Part shown: positions 16,982 through 25,422 of the stretch, one piece after another
How the letters are laid out: each line of letters starts with the position of its first letter
How positions within the stretch are numbered: position 1 is the stretch's first letter
Origin: a virus
Length of the DNA stretch: 64,000 nucleotides
Reading direction: 5' to 3' (one strand)
Virus record (IMG/VR): IMGVR_UViG_3300027754_000003
Location: 1-64,000 of that record
Translations under genes and position numbers: made by a program
Notes under the pieces: model-generated
Told to the model about the DNA's origin: nothing
Databases searched by the model: none
The model's input: only the letters and a program-made list of their open reading frames with translations

Positions 16982-17548
16982 GACTTCCGCAGTCCCGTCT
17001 GAGTAGACTGTAATCTGCATTACAGGCTTTACAACGGTCAAAACCTTCTCCATGCGTGTGGTAGACACCACCTCTACTTTTGGCTCATCCTGGGGCTTCC
17101 TAGAGGCTTCTGAGGAGACATGGCTGGGGTCTACCGATAGTGGAGCAAGGCCGTTAGTCAGTTCAAGACAAGGCAATTTCCTGTCGTATGCCCCAAAGAC
17201 CAGTTCCTTGGTCAGTTCTGTAGGTTCTCCAGTCTCGTCTGTGTCAAACAGGACAAGGACTTCAAGGGAGTTTTCTGCAATAGTTTGTGCTTGTACAAAA
17301 GCGTCTTCTACAAGATTCTCCATGTGGTACACAATCAGAGAAGCGTCAAGAACCGATGGGTGTACTTTACCTGTTGAGTACACAATGAACTTTTCATTGC
17401 GAGTAATAAGCCAGTCAAGTACTCGTGCCTGACCTGCGGTTGGTTTGCCTGTCCAGATGACATGGAAGCATGTTCCTTGTGTGTCATTCAGTCCAGTTTC
17501 AATTACGTTTGCGGAAGCGTTTCCTGTGCCACCAATGATGTATTCCAT
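16970..17548 (-). CDS. hypothetical protein (alpha/beta fold)
   Basis: 192 aa ORF with AAGGA RBS. Confidence 0.7.
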   Translation of the reverse strand: MEYIIGGTGNASANVIETGLNDTQGTCFHVIWTGKPTAGQARVLDWLITRNEKFIVYSTGKVHPSVLDASLIVYHMENLVEDAFVQAQTIAENSLEVLVLFDTDETGEPTELTKELVFGAYDRKLPCLELTNGLAPLSVDPSHVSSEASRKPQDEPKVEVVSTTRMEKVLTVVKPVMQITVYSDGTAEVKNL

Positions 17549-17557
17549 GTTGTTTCC

Positions 17558-17812
17558 TTATTTGATTGAGCGTTTATATGACATATCCCCCATTAAGGTG
17601 AGTAAGCGTAGCAGAGTGTGAACCATTCCAGCAAGTGTTGCTACTGCTAGACCTGACAGCCATCGGTCATCAAAAGGAACAATAAAGATTGTAATGTAAG
17701 ACAACACTGTTCCTGCAAGTACTTTTACCCAGGGCATTACTTCTTTTGGTAAAAGCGATTCAATAATTTGTAACACTTTGTAAACGGCTAATGCACAGAT
17801 GATGTAGTTCAT
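17558..17812 (-). CDS. small membrane protein (3 TM)
   Basis: Hydrophobic segments; ATGA-coupled to the upstream gene. Confidence 0.7.
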   Translation of the reverse strand: MNYIICALAVYKVLQIIESLLPKEVMPWVKVLAGTVLSYITIFIVPFDDRWLSGLAVATLAGMVHTLLRLLTLMGDMSYKRSIK

Positions 17813-19437
17813 GTTTTTCCTGGAATCCAATCGTAAACAATCTCATAGTCAATGTTTGTGTCAAGAAGCATGGTAACGGGTAACAGTTGCGGAATCAACT
17901 TTTCTATTGCAAGTTGTGTTTTACCTTTATTAGTTGAGTACGTAGAGTACGAAGCCCACCGTGCTCCACCCCACGCAATGTCAGAGAAGTTGTTCTGGTA
18001 AATAAACCCACCAAAGTCTGAATCACCATTAAAGAATGTTCCGTATGATTTAGGTTCAACCATCCACTGGTTTACTGTTACAGACGTACTAGCACTTAAT
18101 CCGTAAATAAGAACTGGGTATGCCATAGCACTTGCACTATCTGGCATAAGAATTACTTGACGGTCCTCTGGCGCTATTTCAACAGGGATGAGGTTGTCTT
18201 CTTGTTCTGTTGTGGTCCAGTCTGACCAAGCGGCGGATGCTGACCAGTGCGCTCCCCATATAGAACCATTTCCAGTTACTTTAATAGAATTCCAATAACT
18301 AACGTCATTGTCAACAGGTACAGCAATTTTTGAAACAAGAGCAAATTGAGCAGAAGAAGAACCAGTATTAGTTACGACTAAACCATCACCAGCAGTTGAC
18401 TGTGTACAAGATGCACTTGAAGAACTAAAATTCCATTTCTTAGTTCCAGATGTAACAATAAATTCTGAGTCAGCAATTAGGTTTACTCTTTCGGAATACA
18501 CACGAAATGTGTATCGTGGAGAAGAATAGTTTTCAATAACTTCTACTTGACAACCAGTGATTGCAATTAAGTATTGTTTAATAGCAGCCAATGTTCCTTT
18601 TCGTTGACGGTAGTAACCAATGTCTTGGATTATTTGGCGAATACGAGAAATACCAATGTCGTCTGGTGTTACTTCTAAACCAAACATGGTTGAAAGCAAT
18701 GTAAGTGACTGCGCCTCAGTTACGTTTGGGTCGTAATGTTGCATTACAGAATCAAATAGTGTTCTTGTTCTATTTAACTCAAAACCAAAGGTGCTTAAAT
18801 ACCTTTGTAATTGACCACGTTGTAATCCTTGTGGGTCATTATTGCGCCCAACCGTGTCATTCACACGGTGGTGAGAAGGTATGCGTGACCAAATTTGGTC
18901 TTCAGAACCATAATCATACGGAACAAGTTCTTGTAGATATGCAACACGCTCGTACCAATTAACTGCGCTAACACCTATCCCACCTTGATTCCAGTGTAAG
19001 AACATTGAATAGTATGCCCATTGCCCAGATGGTACATCCTGATGTTCAACTGAATATACGTTGTCATATGAGTATTGCGTTTTTATTACTGCTCCATCAC
19101 GCACAGTTTCTGGAGGACCAGTTGGTGAATAAACAATAACAATGTCTGTAACTACAGAAGCATCACCTAAGTTTTCTTCTGCTGGTGTGAGTGTGAAGTT
19201 TGTCCATTCCAAGTGAACAGCAGAATAAGAGTTAGCAGTTGCTGTAAAGGTTGCAGTTACTGTAAGGTTTTCTGTAAGAAATACAATACCGTCAGCACGA
19301 ATAGCAGAATCATTATCCGTTCGGATATATCCTTCTGGTACGTCAGTATTAACACCACGGACATATGAGCCAAATGGGTTTGAATCTGGGCTTAACTCTA
19401 GGTCAGCCCTTCGTAGTCTGAAGGATACTCTTGCCAT
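17809..19437 (-). CDS. baseplate wedge / tail protein I-like structural protein
   Basis: LQRYLSTFGFELN...YRQRKGT..AIK..L..ITG; follows the baseplate J gene. Confidence 0.75.
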   Translation of the reverse strand: MARVSFRLRRADLELSPDSNPFGSYVRGVNTDVPEGYIRTDNDSAIRADGIVFLTENLTVTATFTATANSYSAVHLEWTNFTLTPAEENLGDASVVTDIVIVYSPTGPPETVRDGAVIKTQYSYDNVYSVEHQDVPSGQWAYYSMFLHWNQGGIGVSAVNWYERVAYLQELVPYDYGSEDQIWSRIPSHHRVNDTVGRNNDPQGLQRGQLQRYLSTFGFELNRTRTLFDSVMQHYDPNVTEAQSLTLLSTMFGLEVTPDDIGISRIRQIIQDIGYYRQRKGTLAAIKQYLIAITGCQVEVIENYSSPRYTFRVYSERVNLIADSEFIVTSGTKKWNFSSSSASCTQSTAGDGLVVTNTGSSSAQFALVSKIAVPVDNDVSYWNSIKVTGNGSIWGAHWSASAAWSDWTTTEQEDNLIPVEIAPEDRQVILMPDSASAMAYPVLIYGLSASTSVTVNQWMVEPKSYGTFFNGDSDFGGFIYQNNFSDIAWGGARWASYSTYSTNKGKTQLAIEKLIPQLLPVTMLLDTNIDYEIVYDWIPGKT

Positions 19438-19439
19438 GA

Positions 19440-21239
19440 TTAAACGGTAATTCCTCCGCTAGAAGTAATAACAATGTTTTTTAACAAGAGAAGTGTTGCT
19501 TCTCCAGAACGGACTCCAGAAACAACAGGGTCGGAACCAACAACATCAATAACATCATCGGTTACCCCAGTTGTAAATTCTTGTACTGTTGTGTATTGCA
19601 CACCATCTACAGCAAGGATTGTTTGATACAACTCTCCAAGTGTTATTGTTTGGTTAAAATCAACTTTGTCAAATGTAAACAAGTCTTTAACAGCAACAGC
19701 AACGTCACCTTCAACTGCATCACGAACGTAGTTTGGTAAAACGCTTAGTGTGAATTTAATAGAAACTTCGTCAAGTTCCACTTTTGGCATGACAACCATA
19801 TTTACTCCAACCATACTTCGTGGGTCAAGGTATTCATAGATGTTGTCTCGCACTGCGTTATCTAACAAAAGTGGTCCAGTAGTTGGGTCAACCGAAACAG
19901 TTCCATCATAATCGTTAATGTTTCCTAATGCATAAATTTTTACTTGACTATTTCGTGCATACCCATCAGAAACTGATGCTGAAGCAACGCTTGCTGAATT
20001 ATTGTTGTAGTACAAATTTGTTCCAGTACTTCCTGTTTTTACTACGTATGTTCCATTAAACGTGTCGTCAATGTTAAATACTGCAATTGTTTCTCCAACT
20101 GAAAAACCATGTGCTGATTCTGTAGTTAAATGTGCAACACTTGCTGACAACGCTTTATATGTAACACTTGCTTGTTTAGCAACAACATTGTTTAATACTG
20201 CTTTTGCTTTAACAACACCAGATACACGAAGCGATAAATCTTGATAGTCAGTCAAAGATACAGCACGGTCTTGTGACCTAAATGAAGAGGTAATGTTTTT
20301 ACGAAGTATTTCAATACCTTCAGGATTTGCTCCACCAACGGCTTTACTTGAGTTTGGAATAATGACAATACCGTCATACCCAGCACCTTCACTTGGGTCT
20401 AGTGACTCAAAGTCTGTAATGGTATTTGCGGATACGTTTCCTTCAGCACCACGGGATGTTCTATACGTAACTGTTATTACTGAGTTAGTAGTTGGAACTT
20501 TTCCATTTGCATTGTTACCAAAGGTAAGAATTGTGTAATCGTCAGATGTGATACGAGTTGAATAAACAAGGTCTGTACTAGTTGCATCAATTAATCGTTC
20601 AATTTGAGAATAGGAAACAGATGAACCGTTAGTTCCTTCGTTTACCGTAACTGCTATTGATTTACCAACTACGTTTGGTTGGTTAAGAATTATTTGTTGG
20701 TTTGAACCATTTGCGCTGGTGTACGCCTCGGTATAGGTTTCTCCTTCAAGTAAAGTTACTCGGATATTTCCACCTGATTTTTCATAAGTAACGTAGTTAG
20801 GAACTGTTGTTCCAGTAACATTTATAGCAATTGGAGTTTGGTTTAAAAAGACAACATCAGAGTTGTCGTATGGGGACTTTCCAATAAACCTGGTATTTTT
20901 AGGAATAAGAACTGGGTTTTCATCTGTGCAAACAGAATCCGTTGGGTTAAGATAAATAACAGCAGTTGAGTTATTTACTCCCTGTGCTTTATAATCTAAA
21001 AGGCTTGATAAAGCCAAAACACTTGACCGTTGTGTGGCAGTTTCCAAGAATGCTTCTTGTGCAACCCTGTCAAGGTAGTAGTGCAGGGTATCTCCAAGAT
21101 AAGCCCACAAGTCAACAAACACCATGCCGAAGTCTGTGGCCTCACGAGAAGTCCACTCAGGAATAGTTTCAGAAGCACGTGAAAGAAGGTCTTCACGAAT
21201 AGACGCATAGTCTCTGTTGGTATAGTCAAATTTCATCAT
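19440..21239 (-). CDS. baseplate J / T4 gp6-like wedge subunit
   Basis: DYTNRDYASIREDL, PEWT, FLETATQRSS, FGN..NGKVP, QDRAVSLTDY. Confidence 0.9.
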   Translation of the reverse strand: MMKFDYTNRDYASIREDLLSRASETIPEWTSREATDFGMVFVDLWAYLGDTLHYYLDRVAQEAFLETATQRSSVLALSSLLDYKAQGVNNSTAVIYLNPTDSVCTDENPVLIPKNTRFIGKSPYDNSDVVFLNQTPIAINVTGTTVPNYVTYEKSGGNIRVTLLEGETYTEAYTSANGSNQQIILNQPNVVGKSIAVTVNEGTNGSSVSYSQIERLIDATSTDLVYSTRITSDDYTILTFGNNANGKVPTTNSVITVTYRTSRGAEGNVSANTITDFESLDPSEGAGYDGIVIIPNSSKAVGGANPEGIEILRKNITSSFRSQDRAVSLTDYQDLSLRVSGVVKAKAVLNNVVAKQASVTYKALSASVAHLTTESAHGFSVGETIAVFNIDDTFNGTYVVKTGSTGTNLYYNNNSASVASASVSDGYARNSQVKIYALGNINDYDGTVSVDPTTGPLLLDNAVRDNIYEYLDPRSMVGVNMVVMPKVELDEVSIKFTLSVLPNYVRDAVEGDVAVAVKDLFTFDKVDFNQTITLGELYQTILAVDGVQYTTVQEFTTGVTDDVIDVVGSDPVVSGVRSGEATLLLLKNIVITSSGGITV

Positions 21240-21649
21240 AATGGGGCATCCTCAGTTAACTGGAGTGGATTATCAATTGTATATGTAGCGGTCTTTACCA
21301 TGTTTGTATATGGAAATTGGTAAGTAACCCTAATTCCAATGGTATTTGGAAGACCAGTTGAAATATCACCTTGAACTACTTCTCGCACATCTATGGAAAT
21401 AATAGTCACTGATGGAACTAAAGTCCTTAATTCAGCAAGTGATTCCATTTTAAATTCTTCAAATATAAGTGGGTCAAAAGATTCAAAAAGAAGGCTGTGA
21501 GAGTTAGAACCAAACAGTTGATTCATGGGGCGCTGTCCTTGTTGGGATAGCAGGTACTCACCTATCTGTTGTTCAACATTAGTTTCAACATCAAGTACTG
21601 AGGCTGTTTTACCGTATTGGTTAATTTGAAATGGGTATTTAAGAATCAT
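21236..21649 (-). CDS. GPW/gp25 baseplate wedge protein
   Basis: YPF...LLSQQGQRPMNQLFGS...LLFE. Confidence 0.85.
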   Translation of the reverse strand: MILKYPFQINQYGKTASVLDVETNVEQQIGEYLLSQQGQRPMNQLFGSNSHSLLFESFDPLIFEEFKMESLAELRTLVPSVTIISIDVREVVQGDISTGLPNTIGIRVTYQFPYTNMVKTATYTIDNPLQLTEDAPL

Positions 21650-21655
21650 AAACAA

Positions 21656-21892
21656 TCACCCTTGTGGATTTACATTAAGAATAAAAACATTAGTAAAAGA
21701 TTCGTCATCAGCAGTGACAACTACTTGTTCTCCATTATCGGGCATAGGCCAAACACCACTAATCTTTTTTCTACCTATTTTAGAAATGGGTATAGATTTG
21801 TCGTTACCAAATTTAGTGGGTATACGAACTTTTATTTCACCAGTCTCTACGTTTGTGTACGAGACTATTGCCCTATAGATATTAGTAAACAT
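21656..21892 (-). CDS. baseplate spike OB-fold protein (gp5/gpV N-domain only)
   Basis: IYRAIV...IKVRIP...WPMPDNGEQVVV. Confidence 0.7.
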   Translation of the reverse strand: MFTNIYRAIVSYTNVETGEIKVRIPTKFGNDKSIPISKIGRKKISGVWPMPDNGEQVVVTADDESFTNVFILNVNPQG

Positions 21893-23045
21893 AAGACATT
21901 TCCTTTTCGGTAACCCAACGTGCTTGATTAAGTACTGACCTTGGAGGTTTTTTGTATTGTGGTTCGTTAATTAGAGTTCCAGCAGCGTCAATTGTTGAAT
22001 CTGTTTTAATACAAAGTTTTGTAATGTAGTGGTCGGTATTTATAGAATGTTCAATACTTTCAACAACCCAATAGCCATCAAATCTTGAATCATAATTTTT
22101 AACTAAAACTAAAGAACCAGGGGTTGGTGTAGACACACCAGAAACTGTTACCTCTGCGTAATAAGGAAAACTAGTTAAGTTGTACCCTTTCATCATTTGA
22201 TTTAAATGTGCTTTTGATGGGGATTGCGTAGAAATATTATGTGTAAATCTATTCTTTACTTTTTTACCTAATCGTGTTCCTGAAAGACTAGAAGTATGGC
22301 TTGTAATAGTTTTTCCTTTTTTATCAAGAGTGTTAACGTCATAATGGTGACTGTTACCGTAAGGTGTTACATCTCCAAATGTTCCTTTAAATTCTAAAAT
22401 ACTTCCAGGTTTTCTATTTTTACCTGCAACATTTCCTGGTGATTCCAAATCAGTAATAGGTTGTTTATGAAAATATCCAGAAAATGGGTCATACACATTA
22501 ATGTGTGAACTTGTTGCAGTTACCCGATACCCAAATTTGTTTGCTTCTGATACAAGTAATTCCCAATCAGATTGATTTTGTTGAGCAACCATTGGTATTA
22601 CAAAATCATTGTTAGGCACTGAATATGAAAAGTTGTGTTTTCTTGCTAATGTTTTAACTAGTTTAGGTATTGTTACATTTTTATAAGCATTGTTACTTAC
22701 TGATTTCATGTCGTAACTAGTACCCATGCATACAACTTTTGCTTCTTGAATTAGTGATTTGTTTACAGCACCCATTCTGCTATAAGCACCAGCATCCACA
22801 TAGGCTACGTAACCATAAAATACTTTTTTATTTGCTTCATTATTTCCAAAAGAGATATGAACTGGAAGACCAACATAAGCCGTAATTGATGAAGCAGGAA
22901 AACCTGCATATGTAATTGTTGCTATGTCATGCTTATCTTCAGCGTAAGAAATATCAACTGCAACAATGCTTGAGTCACTTACGTTTCCACCATGAACAAG
23001 TACGTCAAGAATGACACCTTCGTTAAAAAAGTCTTTTCTAATCAT
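21882..23045 (-). CDS. baseplate hub (gpD/gp27-like)
   Basis: QQNQSDWELL...A...GY; PG..V.V......FDGYWVVESIEHSI. Confidence 0.8.
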   Translation of the reverse strand: MIRKDFFNEGVILDVLVHGGNVSDSSIVAVDISYAEDKHDIATITYAGFPASSITAYVGLPVHISFGNNEANKKVFYGYVAYVDAGAYSRMGAVNKSLIQEAKVVCMGTSYDMKSVSNNAYKNVTIPKLVKTLARKHNFSYSVPNNDFVIPMVAQQNQSDWELLVSEANKFGYRVTATSSHINVYDPFSGYFHKQPITDLESPGNVAGKNRKPGSILEFKGTFGDVTPYGNSHHYDVNTLDKKGKTITSHTSSLSGTRLGKKVKNRFTHNISTQSPSKAHLNQMMKGYNLTSFPYYAEVTVSGVSTPTPGSLVLVKNYDSRFDGYWVVESIEHSINTDHYITKLCIKTDSTIDAAGTLINEPQYKKPPRSVLNQARWVTEKEMSYVY

Positions 23046-23293
23046 TGCGGTATTCTTATTTCCATTCCAGGATAGAGGTCCAATGGAAATGAAATTTGTG
23101 GGTTTACATCAGCAATACGCCACCATTGTGAAGCATCACCAAACAGTTTGAATGCCATATTTTCAATTGTGTCTCCTGAAATGACTAGGTAACGAGAAAC
23201 ACGAACTGGGTCGGAATCTTTTCGTGTAGCAATAATTTTTCCATCTGTACCAACTTCGTTACTAACGGAATATCTAGATAACCCAGTAAGCAT
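23042..23293 (-). CDS. LysM/tail X baseplate protein
   Basis: YLVISGDTIENMA.KLFGDASQWWRIADVNP...PG..IRIP. Confidence 0.85.
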   Translation of the reverse strand: MLTGLSRYSVSNEVGTDGKIIATRKDSDPVRVSRYLVISGDTIENMAFKLFGDASQWWRIADVNPQISFPLDLYPGMEIRIPQ

Positions 23294-25422
23294 TACAAAC
23301 CTACCTTTGCAAAGAACTCAACACCTGTTCCAGAAACGGGTGCTCCAGCACCTGTAGTTTGACGGTAGTCACCATTTCTCCAAGCCCTAAACCATTCTGA
23401 TTGACCAGTTGTGTTTGATTGAGGTACAGGTGCAGGAGAACCTGCTTCAAATGTTTGTTTTAAGTTATGCCAATCATAAAAGTAGATACTTTGGTTTGGG
23501 TATGTGTCATCTATAATTCTCCAACGAATACCTAGTTCTACTGTAAATTTGTCTTCTTTAAATGGTTTAAAAAGTTCATTAGTAATTAGTTTTTCTCTTC
23601 CATCTAATTTGAATTCCCATTCAGTTAATTCCGCTTTTTGGTTTAGATACGTGTTAGACGCACCTGCTTTATTTGTATGCATAATGTCGCCGTTACCAAA
23701 ATGTATTTCAGCAGTTGCTTCTGTGTTCTGTGCAGTAAATACCCACGGTTTAGTTGCTGTTCCATATAATGAAAAATCAGTACCTGGGTTTTGGTTAGGT
23801 GGAGCACCTTGTACATATTTAGTTGCACCATTGTATGAGTCAGTAACATTTGCTACATATGTTTTTCTTGGTATTGGCGAACCATCTGCTTTAACTAAAT
23901 ATGAATCCCAGTATATTTTTAATACACCATCCCAGTAAATAGTAAAGTTTTTACCTTGTTTTTTCCACTTGTTAAGCCAGTCTTCCCCGTTTGCTCCAAT
24001 TCTTGTTTCTTCACCAATTGCAAATGACACAGTGTTTGTACTAAGTGTAAACAAGTTTTTAAAAGGAACACCAGGATTTTCTGGTGGTCCCTGAGTAGGA
24101 TATCTAGCGGCATGGTTTATTGAAAATGTTTTGTCAAAGAAATTCTTCTTTTGTAAATCTGAGTCGTATTCTTCATATATGGCAAATTCTGGGGCATTCG
24201 TTCCTGGGGTTGTTTTTCCTGGTACGTTATTTTGTCCAACATCAATGTTTGGTAGTTGTGTAAGGAAAGTATTTTGCTGGGCAAATCCCATGTACAAAGC
24301 CTGCATTTGAATCATCACTGTTGCTTGGGTTGGAATCATCTCCGCAGAGAACTTGTTAAAAGTTACTTGTATTGATTGGATAAATCCTTCAACCATCATC
24401 CATTTAGTAAACAGGACACGAACAGGTGTTGGGGTAAGAAATGCTTTGTTACCAATATTCATTGAGTATGCGTCATACCTATTCTGGTCAATCTTTTTAG
24501 CGTCTGCACCAGTTGGGTTAGTTGGTGAGTTAGGAGAATCTTGAGAAAAACCCCATTCTTTTCCTTTAGAATCTAATTGATTATTTTGAATTGCATTATA
24601 AATATCTTTTGCAAGACCTTGACCAATGACATCATCCAAAATTAAAATGTCAGCAAGCACACCAAGGTGGGCAACCCAGGATGGGTCATATGGTTTTGAG
24701 GGGTCAAGGTAGTCAACAGTATTTGCTATTGGTTCTTTAAAATTTGCTTTCTTTAATGCCCCACTTCCATCTATGTACCTTTGCGAAGCAACTTCCGCTT
24801 CTCGGTTAAACAACAGTTCAAAAGCAAAACCAGCCTTACCAGGAATTGGTTGGGCTAGTTGCGAAGGGTCTTGGTTAAAAAAGAACTGCATGTCGCTTTC
24901 AGCAGTGACCATTCTTGTAATATTGTCAGGGTTAAATTGAAAGTTACATTTCATATTTTTAATTGTTGAACCAACTGATTTATTTCCAGAACTTGCTTGG
25001 TTGTTTTCTTTTTGGTAAAACTCTGTAAGCCTGCGAATGTACCCTCGTTCTATTTTTACTGATTTGTTATTTACCGCATCACGGTTTGTATTTCCTGGGT
25101 ATATAAATTTAGGGTTTTGAATACCACCATTAGGAGTATTCCAAGATTTGTTTAAAGCACTATTAGGGTCGTAATCACTTGCACCTAGTAAGTCAGCGCC
25201 AGTACCAGCAGCAGCAACAGTGGTACCAAAACCACTTCTACCGTTAGCATCTGTTCGGTTACCATTTTGTTGTGCTTTTGCTTTTGCTTGGTTTTTAGTG
25301 TTTACTTTAATTATGGGCGTATTAACTTTTGCGTTTAAGGTTTGAAGCCGTGCTTGTGCTGCTTGCTTTTTTGCGTAAGCGTCAGCCAGTGCTTGTGCTT
25401 GTGGGCTATTTTCTCCAGCCAT
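23293..25422 (-). CDS. tail tube initiator / minor tail protein with C-terminal extension
   Basis: FQFNP..I, FELLFNR, P.RV.F....VEG.I.SI.V.F..F...MIP. Confidence 0.7.
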   Translation of the reverse strand: MAGENSPQAQALADAYAKKQAAQARLQTLNAKVNTPIIKVNTKNQAKAKAQQNGNRTDANGRSGFGTTVAAAGTGADLLGASDYDPNSALNKSWNTPNGGIQNPKFIYPGNTNRDAVNNKSVKIERGYIRRLTEFYQKENNQASSGNKSVGSTIKNMKCNFQFNPDNITRMVTAESDMQFFFNQDPSQLAQPIPGKAGFAFELLFNREAEVASQRYIDGSGALKKANFKEPIANTVDYLDPSKPYDPSWVAHLGVLADILILDDVIGQGLAKDIYNAIQNNQLDSKGKEWGFSQDSPNSPTNPTGADAKKIDQNRYDAYSMNIGNKAFLTPTPVRVLFTKWMMVEGFIQSIQVTFNKFSAEMIPTQATVMIQMQALYMGFAQQNTFLTQLPNIDVGQNNVPGKTTPGTNAPEFAIYEEYDSDLQKKNFFDKTFSINHAARYPTQGPPENPGVPFKNLFTLSTNTVSFAIGEETRIGANGEDWLNKWKKQGKNFTIYWDGVLKIYWDSYLVKADGSPIPRKTYVANVTDSYNGATKYVQGAPPNQNPGTDFSLYGTATKPWVFTAQNTEATAEIHFGNGDIMHTNKAGASNTYLNQKAELTEWEFKLDGREKLITNELFKPFKEDKFTVELGIRWRIIDDTYPNQSIYFYDWHNLKQTFEAGSPAPVPQSNTTGQSEWFRAWRNGDYRQTTGAGAPVSGTGVEFFAKVGL